From Nitrospirota bacterium (GTDB lineage: Bacteria; Nitrospirota; Thermodesulfovibrionia; Thermodesulfovibrionales; Dissulfurispiraceae): a DNA stretch of 64,000 nt. The stretch lies in assembly GCA_040754455.1 (NCBI GenBank), contig JBFMCP010000010.1, positions 1 to 64,000 of the forward strand, read 5' to 3'. How positions within the stretch are numbered: the first letter of the stretch is position 1; each line of letters opens with the position of its first letter. Of this stretch, positions 20,753 through 30,623 are shown piece after piece. The notes under the pieces were generated by a model. That model saw only the letters and a list, made by a program, of their open reading frames with translations. It was not told the origin of the DNA and did not search any database. The translations under genes and the position numbers were made by a program.

Positions 20753-22902
20753 ACAGGCACAACGACGACGAACGCGCTCCTGCGGCTGCAAAGAATGACC
20801 GGCAATCTGCCGATAACAGAGGCAGAAGGCTCGAGGAAATCAGGGGAGTGGTCGCTATTCTGGGGGCGCTCTACCTCGGCCTGTCGCTTGTATCCTACGA
20901 CCGGTGGGAGCAATCGCTGTTTACCTTTTCTCCGGCACCGTCCCGCAACTATGGGGGTATCGTGGGCGCCTATAGCGCCGATGCGCTCTTCTCTCTTATC
21001 GGGCTGCCAGCCTATCTGGTGCCTGTCCTATTGCTGCTGTACGGCGTGAGGAGAATTATCGGAAAAGAGCGGACGATCATCCCGCTGCTCGGCGCAGTGC
21101 TTCTCACTTCCTCGCTTTCGATGCTGCTGCACCTCTCGGCAACCGTCATTTCCCTGCCGCTTCCTGTTGAACCGGTCGGCGGGCTCACGGGGCTCCTGTT
21201 GGCGGACCTCTTTGCAGGACTGCTTTCTCGAGTCGGTGCATATATGGTAAGTATCGCCTTGGTCCTTGTCGCACTGATCCTTATGAGTCCGGTTTCTCCA
21301 TTCTCTTTCTTCTTACAGCGAACACAGCAGCAGAAGAAGGGTGGCAAAGACGGGGAGTTTGCCGCACCCGCTGCTTTCGACAGCGGACTGTTTATGAATG
21401 ATCCTGAGAGGAGTGTCGCAGCGCCTGATGAGCCGCCCCTTTCTGTTTCACGTAGAGCGACGAAGGAACGTCCGGCAAAGGAACGGACAGTACGTGAGCC
21501 CCGGAACGAAAGCGGTTACCTCCTGCCCTCTCTGGAATTGTTGAAGGAGGGCGAAGATGTTTCGGGCCCTTCGAGAGAGGAGTTGAATGCTGCCGCAGCA
21601 GGACTCGAACGGAAATTAAGTGACTTCGGCGTCAACGGACGCATTAAGGGAGCCCATCCCGGCCCGGTGGTAACCATGTACGAGTTCGAGCCTGCGGCGG
21701 GAGTGAAGATCAACAGGATCGTCTCCCTTTCGGATGATCTCGCTCTCGCCCTGCGCGCACCGAGCATTCGGGTCTACCCGATTCCCGGCAAGGCAACGAT
21801 CGGTATCGAAGTGCCGAACCGCCAGCGCGCGACCGTCTCCCTTAAGGAGATCATTGCTTCAGATACGTTTCAAAAGGGCAGTTCCCTGCTTACCCTCGCG
21901 CTGGGAAAGGACATATTCGGCAATCCCATTGCTACGGATCTCGCGAAGATGCCCCACCTCCTCGTCGCTGGTGCGACCGGTTCGGGGAAGAGCGTCTCCA
22001 TCAATGCCATGATCATCAGCCTCCTCTATAAGGCGACTCCCGATGAGGTGAAAATGCTGATGGTCGATCCCAAACTGCTCGAGCTCTCGGCGTATGCAGA
22101 TATTCCTCATCTGATCTCCCCGGTGATTACGAGCCCGAAAGAGGCTTCCGAAGCGCTCAAGAAGATGGTCTTTGAAATGGAGCGGCGTTATCGTCTTCTC
22201 GCAGAGAAGGGCGCGCGGAACATCGATACATATAATCGCCAGGTGCCTTCATCGGAGCGGCTTCCCTATATCGTGGTGTTTATCGATGAACTCGCTGACC
22301 TGATGTTTACCGCTCCGAGCGATGTCGAAAACGCCATCGCACGGCTTGCCCAGATGGCGCGGGCCTCGGGGATCCACCTGATCCTCGCGACACAGCGCCC
22401 CTCGGTCGATGTCATTACCGGTTTGATCAAGGCGAACTTCCCGGCGCGGATTTCTTTTCAGGTGACCTCGAAAATCGATTCCCGGACCATACTTGATGCC
22501 CAGGGAGCGGAACAGCTCCTCGGCATGGGCGATATGCTCTTCATGATCCCCGGCGTCAAGATGCTGCGCATTCACGGTGCTTATGTGAGCGAGACCGAGG
22601 TGCAGGAGATTACCGGGTTTGTGAAATCCCAGGGACAGCCCGATTATTCATCCTTCGAAAGTATCGTCGTCATCGATGAGCAGGGGAAAGGCGCGGACAC
22701 CGACGGGGAACGGGATGACCTCTACCATCGGGTGCTCGAATTCGCTGAGACGGTCGGCGAGGTCTCGATCTCTTCCATACAGAGAAGATTCAAGATAGGG
22801 TACAACAGGGCAGCGAACATTATGGAGCTCATGGAAGAGGACGGGCTTGTCGGACCGCCCAAAGGCGCAGGAAAACCCAGAGACTTTCTGGGAAGGAGGT
22901 AG
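20737..22902 (+). CDS. ftsK: DNA translocase FtsK
   Basis: 4TM N-terminus, MPHLLVAGATGSGKS, DELADLM, ATQRPS, gamma domain IQRRFKIGYNRAA. Confidence 0.96.
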   Translation: MAVPVDRHNDDERAPAAAKNDRQSADNRGRRLEEIRGVVAILGALYLGLSLVSYDRWEQSLFTFSPAPSRNYGGIVGAYSADALFSLIGLPAYLVPVLLLLYGVRRIIGKERTIIPLLGAVLLTSSLSMLLHLSATVISLPLPVEPVGGLTGLLLADLFAGLLSRVGAYMVSIALVLVALILMSPVSPFSFFLQRTQQQKKGGKDGEFAAPAAFDSGLFMNDPERSVAAPDEPPLSVSRRATKERPAKERTVREPRNESGYLLPSLELLKEGEDVSGPSREELNAAAAGLERKLSDFGVNGRIKGAHPGPVVTMYEFEPAAGVKINRIVSLSDDLALALRAPSIRVYPIPGKATIGIEVPNRQRATVSLKEIIASDTFQKGSSLLTLALGKDIFGNPIATDLAKMPHLLVAGATGSGKSVSINAMIISLLYKATPDEVKMLMVDPKLLELSAYADIPHLISPVITSPKEASEALKKMVFEMERRYRLLAEKGARNIDTYNRQVPSSERLPYIVVFIDELADLMFTAPSDVENAIARLAQMARASGIHLILATQRPSVDVITGLIKANFPARISFQVTSKIDSRTILDAQGAEQLLGMGDMLFMIPGVKMLRIHGAYVSETEVQEITGFVKSQGQPDYSSFESIVVIDEQGKGADTDGERDDLYHRVLEFAETVGEVSISSIQRRFKIGYNRAANIMELMEEDGLVGPPKGAGKPRDFLGRR

Positions 22903-22905
22903 ATT

Positions 22906-23571
22906 ATGAAAACAGGAGCTGAAAGAACGGGAAGCACTCCCCTATCATTGCTTAATACAATCACTCTCTCTTTTATCGTGCTGTTCCTTGCAGGGACATC
23001 ATTATCATTTGCAGCAGCGGTGGATGATGAAATTGCGCGGATTCAGAAGGCTTACGAGAATATAAAAGATATGAAGGGCAGTTTTATACAGAGGAGCTTC
23101 ATAAAGGACCTCAAAAGGACTGATACCTACAGCGGACAATTTTTTATAAAACCGCCGAAGGTGAAGTGGGAGTTCAAGGGGGACAAACCGCAGACGGTAT
23201 ATATTACCGGCCAGGACATTATCATCTATCAGAAGAAAGAGAAACAGGCCTTCAAGGCAAAATTCGACCGTGCGACTTATGGCCAGGCACCCATCGCCCT
23301 GCTGGGCGGATTCGGGGAGATCAGGAAAGAATTCGACGCATCGATGAAGAACGAAAAGCTCCTCCTCAAGCCGAAACGTCCCATGGGAAACATCGTCCAG
23401 ATCGAGCTCTCGACCAATGAGAGCGGATTCCCGGTCGCATCGTTGACGATCACCGATACGCTCTCCAATAAAGTTGAGATCGTCCTGAAGAATGTAATGA
23501 CCAATACAGGTATCAGTGATAAAATGTTCGAATTCTCGCCGCCCGAAGGGGTGAATATCGTGGAGCAATAG
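22906..23571 (+). CDS. lolA: Outer-membrane lipoprotein carrier LolA-family protein
   Basis: Signal peptide, F.Q...G.F.IKPPKVKW, C-terminal F.F.PPEGV; typical position after ftsK. Confidence 0.85.
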   Translation: MKTGAERTGSTPLSLLNTITLSFIVLFLAGTSLSFAAAVDDEIARIQKAYENIKDMKGSFIQRSFIKDLKRTDTYSGQFFIKPPKVKWEFKGDKPQTVYITGQDIIIYQKKEKQAFKAKFDRATYGQAPIALLGGFGEIRKEFDASMKNEKLLLKPKRPMGNIVQIELSTNESGFPVASLTITDTLSNKVEIVLKNVMTNTGISDKMFEFSPPEGVNIVEQ

Positions 23572-24525
23572 ATGAGCAAACGGAAAAGAATCGCCATCAC
23601 CATTGGAGATCCGGCGGGCATCGGCCCCGAGGTTGTGCTGAAAGCGCTCCTTTCGATCGAGGTTGCGGAGAACTGCACCCCGGTGGTCATCGGCGATCGG
23701 ACTGTCCTCGCGGAAGCCGTTGCCGCACTTTCTCTTCCCCTCACGCTGAAGAGTATCGAGCTGGTTGAATGTCGTCAAATCACCGACCCTCATTTTGAGA
23801 AGGGAAAGCCTACTGCCGAGGGCGGCAGGGCATCGGTCGCTTATATAAAGAAGGCGGTTGAACTGGCCCTCAAGAAGGATGTCAATGCCATTGTCACAGC
23901 ACCGATCTCGAAAGAGGCGCTGAAGAAGGCGGGCGTTCCCTGGCCGGGGCATACGGAGATGCTCGCGGAGCTGACAGGTACAAAAGATTTCGCCATGATG
24001 CTCTGCGGAGGGCCGCTCCGGGTCATTCTGGTGACCATACATGCCCCGCTCAAGAACGTACCGGCACTTATTACAAGGGACCGGGTGATGAGGACCATCT
24101 TTCTTGCGAAAAGGGCCTGCGCAATGCTCGGCATTGCCGAGCCCAGGATTGCTGTTGCAGGCCTGAACCCCCATGCAGGTGAAGTGGGAATATTCGGCAA
24201 CGAGGAGATCAATGAGATATTGCCTGCAATCAAAGAGGCACAGAAGAGCGGTATTTCCGTCACCGGCCCTCATCCTGCCGATTCGCTTTTCCACAAGGCA
24301 TATAAAGGCGCATTTGATATTATTGTGTCGATGTACCACGACCAGGGGCTTATTCCGCTTAAAATGATCGCCTTTGATACAGGGGTGAATGTAACCGTCG
24401 GGCTCCCGATCATAAGGACCTCTCCTGACCACGGCACCGCCTATGACATCGCCTGGAAAGGGATCGCCCATCCCTTGAGCATGATCGAGGCGGTGAAGCT
24501 CGCCATGCAAATGAGGATCCGGTAA
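23572..24525 (+). CDS. pdxA: 4-hydroxythreonine-4-phosphate dehydrogenase
   Basis: GDPAGIGPE, GHTE, LNPHAGE, MYHDQG, RTSPDHGTA. Confidence 0.95.
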   Translation: MSKRKRIAITIGDPAGIGPEVVLKALLSIEVAENCTPVVIGDRTVLAEAVAALSLPLTLKSIELVECRQITDPHFEKGKPTAEGGRASVAYIKKAVELALKKDVNAIVTAPISKEALKKAGVPWPGHTEMLAELTGTKDFAMMLCGGPLRVILVTIHAPLKNVPALITRDRVMRTIFLAKRACAMLGIAEPRIAVAGLNPHAGEVGIFGNEEINEILPAIKEAQKSGISVTGPHPADSLFHKAYKGAFDIIVSMYHDQGLIPLKMIAFDTGVNVTVGLPIIRTSPDHGTAYDIAWKGIAHPLSMIEAVKLAMQMRIR

Positions 24526-25646
24526 TGCTCTTCGAACCTTTTTCCCTTGCACGGCTTACCCTGAAAAACCGTATTGTCCGTTCCGCTACCTATGAGAAGA
24601 GGGCGGATGTCGACGGGTTCGTCACCGATGCAGTAATCGAGCTCTATGAGGAGCTCGTAAAAGGCGGGACAGGACTGATCATTACCGGGAATGTCCTTGT
24701 CCATACCTCGGGAAGATCGGTACCCCAGATGCTCTGCATTCATAACGATTTCTATATCGAAAAGCTCAAGCAACTCGCCGATACGGTGCACAGGCTCGAC
24801 GGCAACATAGTGATGCAGCTTGTCCACGGAGGACGGCAATGTTTCCCTGCGCTTCTCGGAGGACAACAACCGGTTGCTCCCTCCGAAGTCTATGACCCTT
24901 CCACGAACGTGACCCCGCGGGCAATGAATAACGAGGAGATATGGGAGACGATCGAGGCCTTCGGTGACGCAGCCCGCCGGGCTCAGTGCGCAGGCTTTGA
25001 TGGCGTTCAGATTCATGGCGCCCACGGCTATCTTATCAGCGAATTCCTTTCTCCTCATACGAACCGGCGAAGCGACTACTGGGGCGGCGATGAGGAGCGG
25101 CGGTTTCATTTCCTCGAAGAAGTGTACAAGGCAATGAGAAAAGAGGTGGGAAAGCACTTTCCCATTATGATCAAAATGAATGCCGATGATTATGTCGAGG
25201 GAGGATTGACCCCTGAAGAAAGTATCAGAATCGCACAGCGGCTCGAGGAACTCGGTATTGCGGCAATTGAAGTGAGCGGGGGAATGTATGAGTCGGGAAA
25301 CAAGACCGCGCAGCTCAATATTAAAAGCACTGACCAGGAAGCATACTTCAGAAGCGCCGCACAGCTCTTTAAAGAGCAGGTACATGTCCCGATTATTCTT
25401 GTAGGAGGGCTGCGCTCCAGGGTGCTGATGGAAGAAGTCCTTCAGAGAGGGGATGCCGACCTCGTCTCTTTGTCGCGGCCGCTGATCAGGGAACCCGACC
25501 TGCCCAATAAGTTCAAGGCAGGCAAGGAAAAAGCGGACTGTATCTCCTGCAACGGCTGCATGCGTTTCATGAAGCTCGACATGGTGAAATGTGTGCAGCT
25601 CAACAAAGAAAAGAAGCCAGAATCCAGTAGTCAGAATTCAGAATAA
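24525..25646 (+). CDS. NADH:flavin oxidoreductase (Old Yellow Enzyme family)
   Basis: LKNRIVRSATYE, QLVHGGR, AGFDGVQIHGAHGYL, C-terminal CISCNGC. Confidence 0.9.
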   Translation: MLFEPFSLARLTLKNRIVRSATYEKRADVDGFVTDAVIELYEELVKGGTGLIITGNVLVHTSGRSVPQMLCIHNDFYIEKLKQLADTVHRLDGNIVMQLVHGGRQCFPALLGGQQPVAPSEVYDPSTNVTPRAMNNEEIWETIEAFGDAARRAQCAGFDGVQIHGAHGYLISEFLSPHTNRRSDYWGGDEERRFHFLEEVYKAMRKEVGKHFPIMIKMNADDYVEGGLTPEESIRIAQRLEELGIAAIEVSGGMYESGNKTAQLNIKSTDQEAYFRSAAQLFKEQVHVPIILVGGLRSRVLMEEVLQRGDADLVSLSRPLIREPDLPNKFKAGKEKADCISCNGCMRFMKLDMVKCVQLNKEKKPESSSQNSE

Positions 25647-25697
25647 AATTTATTCGCCTTTTTCCTTCTGGCTCCTGACTACTGGATTCTGGCTTCT
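25612..25697. repeat. Heptamer-periodic inverted repeat with perfect 23-bp arms, between convergent genes
   Basis: agaagccagaatccagtagtcag (25612-25634) is the exact reverse complement of ctgactactggattctggcttct (25675-25697). Confidence 0.85.
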
Positions 25698-25702
25698 TTC
25701 CA

Positions 25703-26164
25703 TCATGCCGGCATCGGCGGGCTCAGCTCCCGCATCATGATAAAGGCGTTTTCCGTCGGATTGGCATAGTAATTCTTTCTGATGCCGATGATCTTGAAGC
25801 CGAGCTTCTCGTAGAGCTTTTTTGCCGCCTGGTTTGAGACCCTCACTTCAAGGTACATGAACCTGCAGCCATCGGTTATGGTGTCCTGCAGCACGTTGTT
25901 GAAGAGCATGACCGCCACTCCCTGCCTCCGGTAGTCGGGATGCACCGCGAGGTCCATCAGATGGCATTCATCGGCGATCTGCCGAACGCAGATGTATCCG
26001 ATGATCTTGTGGTTGAGCTCGGCAACGCGCGTTATCGAATAGCGGTTGTAAAGTTCGCTGTGGAATGAGGTCTCTGACCAGGGGGTGGTAAATGACCGAC
26101 GCTCGATCAGTATGACCTCGGGGATATCTTCCGGAGACATTTCGCGAATGACTATGGTATGCAT
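25703..26164 (-). CDS. rimI: Ribosomal protein S18 alanine N-acetyltransferase
   Basis: IERRSFTTPWS, AVHPDYRRQG, LEVRVSN, RKNYY; next to tsaB. Confidence 0.92.
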   Translation of the reverse strand: MHTIVIREMSPEDIPEVILIERRSFTTPWSETSFHSELYNRYSITRVAELNHKIIGYICVRQIADECHLMDLAVHPDYRRQGVAVMLFNNVLQDTITDGCRFMYLEVRVSNQAAKKLYEKLGFKIIGIRKNYYANPTENAFIMMRELSPPMPA

Positions 26165-26181
26165 GCGTCACTCCAAAAGAG

Positions 26182-26302
26182 AAGCTCTCAGTCCTAAGCA
26201 CCAAATCCTAAACAAGCGGCAAGCTCGAAATCCTAAGCACGAAATTCTAAACGGATGGAAGGAATTCTTTGTTTAGGATTTGGAAATTCGAATTTAGGGT
26301 TT
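26182..26302. repeat. Heptamer-periodic inverted repeat (aaatcct / aagcacg type)
   Basis: aagcacc aaatcct aaac...aagctcg aaatcct aagcacg aaattct ... gtttaggatttgg...aatttagggttt; same unit family as 19835-19958. Confidence 0.75.
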
Positions 26303-26322
26303 TTGCTCATCGTTGTGGTTTG

Positions 26323-27009
26323 TTATGGCTTCTTTTGTTTCAATTCCGCTTCTGATTTTCTGAGATAAAGGGGAGTGAGGGTCACTGGGTCCTCATACTC
26401 TCCATTCCTCGCTGTTATCATGCCCAGGTGCGCAACGGCGGCGGGGGATGGCACCATGGCTCCCGGTGGGGCAAAGAGTGCCCGCTCGCCGAGCGTTTTC
26501 TGAATGCTGTTCCGGTAGAGCATCGCTCCTTCACCGAGAAAGACAGCGGGTTCATCGATGCCCGCGAGGAGGGTTTCGAGCTTCATTGCCTGCTCGGGCA
26601 TGAGCCTGCTGAATCCGTGCCCGGTCCATTTGAAGAGACCGGTATACACCTCTTTCTTCCGTGCGTCCAGCAGAGGGCAGACCGGATGGCGCGTAAAAGG
26701 GACATTCCATGCAAGCGCTTCGAGGGTCGGGACCGCAACCACTCCCTTTCCTGTTGCATAGGCAAGGCCCTTTATCGTGCTGAGCCCTACTCTGAGGCCT
26801 GTGAACGAGCCGGGTCCTATGGAAAGGGCAAACGCATCCATATCGTGCAGGGAGAGCCGCGCGCCTTTGAGGACATGATCGATTTCGGTCATGATCCGTT
26901 CGGAGTGCGTTACCCGCACATTCATGCGCGACTCGGCGATGAGGGTATCGTCATCAATGAGGGCGATGCCGCCCAGCATGGTCGCCGTCTCTATAGCAAG
27001 CAGTCTCAT
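26323..27009 (-). CDS. tsaB: tRNA t6A biosynthesis protein TsaB
   Basis: LAIETAT, HSE, GPGSFTGLRVG, DARKKEVY, PLYLRKSEAE. Confidence 0.95.
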   Translation of the reverse strand: MRLLAIETATMLGGIALIDDDTLIAESRMNVRVTHSERIMTEIDHVLKGARLSLHDMDAFALSIGPGSFTGLRVGLSTIKGLAYATGKGVVAVPTLEALAWNVPFTRHPVCPLLDARKKEVYTGLFKWTGHGFSRLMPEQAMKLETLLAGIDEPAVFLGEGAMLYRNSIQKTLGERALFAPPGAMVPSPAAVAHLGMITARNGEYEDPVTLTPLYLRKSEAELKQKKP

Positions 27010-27017
27010 AGTGTCTC

Positions 27018-28232
27018 TTACGTGTGATGCGCAGCAGCGCTCCTGAATGCCTTCGAAAATATTATACTACCGGTGATGCATATTGTCGCAAAAATCTTGA
27101 GTGACGTGATCGCTCCCAGCGCTTCGGCAGTGAGTCCGATGATCGAGTTCCCGACCGGAGCAAGCCCCAGAAAGACGAGGATATAGAGGCTCATCACCCG
27201 CCCCCGCAATGCATCGGGGACCATGTTCTGAATGAAGCTGTTGCTCGTTGCGAGATAGCTGACCACGCCCCAGCCCGCAAAAAAGATCAGGAGGAGCGAT
27301 AAATGAAAATTCATTGAGAAAGAGAGGCCGAGAATCGCGACTGAAAAGACCAATCCCGAGAGCGGTATATAGAGGTCCTTTCGTCTGACCTCTCCCTTGA
27401 AGGCGATGATGAGCGCGGCAGTCAGAGAGCCGGCACCTGCTGACGCGACCAGGAGACTGAGTCCCTTGGCGCCGACCTGCAATATCTCTGCTGCAAGTAC
27501 CGGCAGCAGGGTGATATAGGGGATGCCGAAGAGGCTGTAGATCGAGATCGTGGCCATGATGTAGAGAATGGACTTTTCCTGTCTCACAAATCTCCAGCCG
27601 TCGATGATTTCTTCGGCAATGCCTTTGGAGTAGGCCTTTACCGCACCTTTTACCCGCACCTTCGAGAGGGCAAAGATAACGGCGACAAAGCTTATTGCGT
27701 TGAGGTAAAAGCATGCGGGGATGCCGAAGTTGGCGATGAGAAAACCTGCGATCACCGGCCCGATGACCCGTGCACCATTGAAGGCGGCTGAATTCATGGC
27801 AATGGCATTGGTAATGTCCCCCTTGTTCACGACCTCGGCGAGGAACGCCTGCCGCGCAGGGACGTCAAAGGCATTGACCGTACCGAGAAAAGCGGCAACG
27901 ACGGCAACGTGCCAGATGGTAACGATATTGGTATCGGTCAGGATGCCGAGAGCGAGGGCGGGGATGACGGAAAGGGCCTGGGTGACGATCAGGATGTTTC
28001 TCTTCGGATATTTATCGGCGACCATACCGCCGATAAGCGTGAACACGAGGATCGGCAGCGATGAAATAGAGGCGATGATGCCGAGGTAGAGCGGGGATCT
28101 TGTCAGCGAGTAGACGAGCCAGCTCTGGGCGACGGAGTGCATCCATGTCCCGGAGAGGGAGATGATCTGCCCGAACCAGAAGAGTCTGAAGTCCCTTACG
28201 TAGAGTGCGGAGAACCGGTGATGGTTTTGCAT
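27018..28232 (-). CDS. MFS transporter (MFS_3/DUF894-like)
   Basis: FRLFWFGQIISLSGTWM, GGMVADK, FDVPARQAF, LRGRVMS. Confidence 0.88.
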   Translation of the reverse strand: MQNHHRFSALYVRDFRLFWFGQIISLSGTWMHSVAQSWLVYSLTRSPLYLGIIASISSLPILVFTLIGGMVADKYPKRNILIVTQALSVIPALALGILTDTNIVTIWHVAVVAAFLGTVNAFDVPARQAFLAEVVNKGDITNAIAMNSAAFNGARVIGPVIAGFLIANFGIPACFYLNAISFVAVIFALSKVRVKGAVKAYSKGIAEEIIDGWRFVRQEKSILYIMATISIYSLFGIPYITLLPVLAAEILQVGAKGLSLLVASAGAGSLTAALIIAFKGEVRRKDLYIPLSGLVFSVAILGLSFSMNFHLSLLLIFFAGWGVVSYLATSNSFIQNMVPDALRGRVMSLYILVFLGLAPVGNSIIGLTAEALGAITSLKIFATICITGSIIFSKAFRSAAAHHT

Positions 28233-28337
28233 GTGTTACAAATATGATACCCTAAATATGAGGGCATAGGTCACCTTTAAATGTGGACGTGCTGCTCCGG
28301 CGGTCCCTGCTGCTTGACAGCTTTGCCGAAATGTGCG

Positions 28338-28360
28338 TAAATAGAAATAATTTCTATTTA
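28338..28360. promoter_or_regulatory. Zur box (perfect 10-3-10 palindrome) overlapping a probable promoter
   Basis: TAAATAGAAA-TAA-TTTCTATTTA, 14 nt before zur-znuACB; TTGACA at 28314-28319. Confidence 0.8.
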
Positions 28361-28374
28361 TAGAGACCGTTCTT

Positions 28375-28809
28375 ATGCATGGCGATTACATTCAGACATT
28401 GAAGAACCTCAACCTCAAAACGACGCCGAAGCGTCTCGCCATCCTTGAGATACTGGCGGACGAGTTTGTCTATATGGGGCCCGACGATATCTGGAAGCGT
28501 ATGAAAGAGCGCTTCAGGCGGATTGGGCTCCCTACCGTCTACCGTAATCTCGAAGAGCTTGCCGAAGGCGGTGTGATCTCGAAGGTGATACATCCCGACC
28601 GCAAGCTCTACTACTATTTCTGTAAAAACCGGGATCACCATCACCATTTTATCTGCGTCTCCTGCCGCAGGGTTGAAGATGTCAGCTTCTGCGCCGAGCG
28701 GGAGATTACCAGGGAAGTGACGGAAAAGATAAAGGGCAGGGTCCTTTCCCATATCCTCCAGATTAACGGGCTCTGTAGAAAATGCTCACACAAAGAGAAA
28801 AGGTCATGA
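28375..28809 (+). CDS. zur: Fur-family regulator, probably Zur
   Basis: TPKRLAIL, TVYRNL, HHHHFICVSC, C-terminal CRKC; heads the znu operon. Confidence 0.85.
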   Translation: MHGDYIQTLKNLNLKTTPKRLAILEILADEFVYMGPDDIWKRMKERFRRIGLPTVYRNLEELAEGGVISKVIHPDRKLYYYFCKNRDHHHHFICVSCRRVEDVSFCAEREITREVTEKIKGRVLSHILQINGLCRKCSHKEKRS

Positions 28810-29747
28810 AAGCAATCCATCGTATACTACTTGTGCTGCTGCTCATTGCCGGCCTCGTTGCCGTATCCTGCCAGCAGAAGCCTGAAGGGACCAGGGGCAC
28901 AGAAGAAAAGAGACTCAACGCCGTTGCCAGCCTTTTCCCGCTCTATGATTTTGCACGGAATATCGCCCGGGATAGGGCGGAGATCACTTTGCTGCTCCCT
29001 CCCGGTGTTGAGCCGCACAGCTTTGAGCCCAAGCCCGGTGATATCGTGCGCCTCTCAAAGACGGACATGCTCATTTATACGAATGAATATATGGAACCGT
29101 GGATTGATGATATTCTGAAGGGAGTTGCCAATAAGGATCTCCTGGTCATCGACTCCAGCAAAGGTATATCGCTCATAGAGGAGACAGAAGAAAAAGGCCG
29201 CAGCGATGAGCATGAAAGGGGTGATCCCCATGTATGGCTTGATTTCTCCAATGCTATAATCATGGTTGACAATATTCTCGAGGGGTTTGTGAAAAAGGAT
29301 CCTGTCAATACCGAATTCTACCGGAATAACGCAGCGGCGTATAAGGCGCAGCTGAAGGCGCTCGATGAGAAATTCGAAAAGACATTGTCAGGATGTAAAA
29401 AGAAGATTTTCATCAACGGCGGCCATTTCACCTTCGGCTATCTGGCACGGCGCTACCATCTCAAATACTTTTCGGCATACGGGTTCTCACCCAATGCCGA
29501 GCCGTCACCGAGAGAGCTTGCCGCGCTCAGCGCACAACTCAAGCGCCACGGGCTAAAGCACATATTTTACGAGGAGCTGATCACGCCGCGCGTTGCACGG
29601 ACGATCGCAGGGGAAACAGGGGCATCGCTGCTCATGCTCCACGGGGCGCATAATATTTCCAGGGAAGAGTTCGAACGCGGGACCACGTTCCTCGACCTCA
29701 TGGAGAAAAACCTCGAAAATCTGAAGGTCGGACTCCAATGCCGGTGA
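28806..29747 (+). CDS. znuA: Zn ABC transporter substrate-binding lipoprotein
   Basis: Lipobox AVSC, EPHSFEP, DPHVWL, F.YLA..Y.L, EPSP. Confidence 0.88.
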   Translation: MKAIHRILLVLLLIAGLVAVSCQQKPEGTRGTEEKRLNAVASLFPLYDFARNIARDRAEITLLLPPGVEPHSFEPKPGDIVRLSKTDMLIYTNEYMEPWIDDILKGVANKDLLVIDSSKGISLIEETEEKGRSDEHERGDPHVWLDFSNAIIMVDNILEGFVKKDPVNTEFYRNNAAAYKAQLKALDEKFEKTLSGCKKKIFINGGHFTFGYLARRYHLKYFSAYGFSPNAEPSPRELAALSAQLKRHGLKHIFYEELITPRVARTIAGETGASLLMLHGAHNISREEFERGTTFLDLMEKNLENLKVGLQCR

Positions 29748-30502
29748 CCCCGACGCCTGTCATTGCGGTTGAACACCTCTCCCTTGAGTATAAATCGGTA
29801 GAGGTGTTGAGCGATTTGACCTTTACCGTGCAGGCAGGAGATTATATCGGCCTTGTCGGACCCAACGGATCGGGAAAATCGACGCTCATCAAGGTGCTGC
29901 TGGGTCTGGTAGCGCCGTCACGCGGGGACGTGTCTATGCTCGGGAGCTCCCCCTCGGCATTTAAGGAATGGCGGCGCATCGGTTATCTTCCCCAAAGGAT
30001 CAGTTTCTTCAATCCCTATTTCCCCGGAACCGTAGAAGAGATTGTCGGCCTGGGGCTTCTCTCGCAGAAGCGCTTTCCGAAGCGTATTGCCTCTTCGGAT
30101 GGAGAACGTATCAAAAAAGCATTAGAGCTGATGAGCATAACGGGCATCCGGCACAAGCTCATTGGAGAGCTCTCGGGCGGACAGCAGCAGCGTGTGCTCA
30201 TCGCCCGGGCCTTGGTGAACGAGCCTGAGCTCCTGATCCTCGACGAGCCTACCACGGCGCTGGACCCGGAAACACGTGAAAATTTCTTTTCTCTCATGCA
30301 CCACCTCAACAAGAGCAAGGGGATTACGATCATACTGGTTACCCATGACATCGGCAACATCGGCAGGTACGCCTCAAAAATGTTGTACCTTGATAAAAGG
30401 ATCATCTTTTACGGCGGATTCGATGAATTCTGCCTTTCTGAAACGATGGCGAGATTTTTCGGTGTCTCTTCCCAGCACCTTATATGCCACCGACACGACT
30501 AA
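29738..30502 (+). CDS. znuC: Zn ABC transporter ATP-binding protein
   Basis: GPNGSGKST, IGYLPQ, LSGGQQQRV, LDEPT, VTHD. Confidence 0.88.
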   Translation: MPVTPTPVIAVEHLSLEYKSVEVLSDLTFTVQAGDYIGLVGPNGSGKSTLIKVLLGLVAPSRGDVSMLGSSPSAFKEWRRIGYLPQRISFFNPYFPGTVEEIVGLGLLSQKRFPKRIASSDGERIKKALELMSITGIRHKLIGELSGGQQQRVLIARALVNEPELLILDEPTTALDPETRENFFSLMHHLNKSKGITIILVTHDIGNIGRYASKMLYLDKRIIFYGGFDEFCLSETMARFFGVSSQHLICHRHD

Positions 30503-30509
30503 TAAAAAC

Positions 30510-30613
30510 AGGGGTCAGGAGCCAGAATCCAGAATAAAAAATTAAGGAATAAAGACGAAAGATGTTAAATTCATTTTATTCTGACTCCCGGATTCTGGAT
30601 TCTATCTTCTGAA
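30510..30613. repeat. Heptamer-periodic inverted repeat inside the znu operon
   Basis: gtcagga gccagaa tccagaa taaaa ... ttttattctgactcccggattctggattct; same unit family as 25612-25697. Confidence 0.75.
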
Positions 30614-30623
30614 TTGGAGAGAT

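Noticed and set aside
23005..24552. Long antisense ORFs (515 aa here; also 35930-37066, 48702-49820, 53449-54501, 62165-63280)
   Set aside because: Shadows of well-supported genes on the opposite strand in GC-rich DNA; no motifs.
19835..30613. Short repeats as a CRISPR array
   Set aside because: No constant 23-47 nt repeats with unique spacers and no cas genes.
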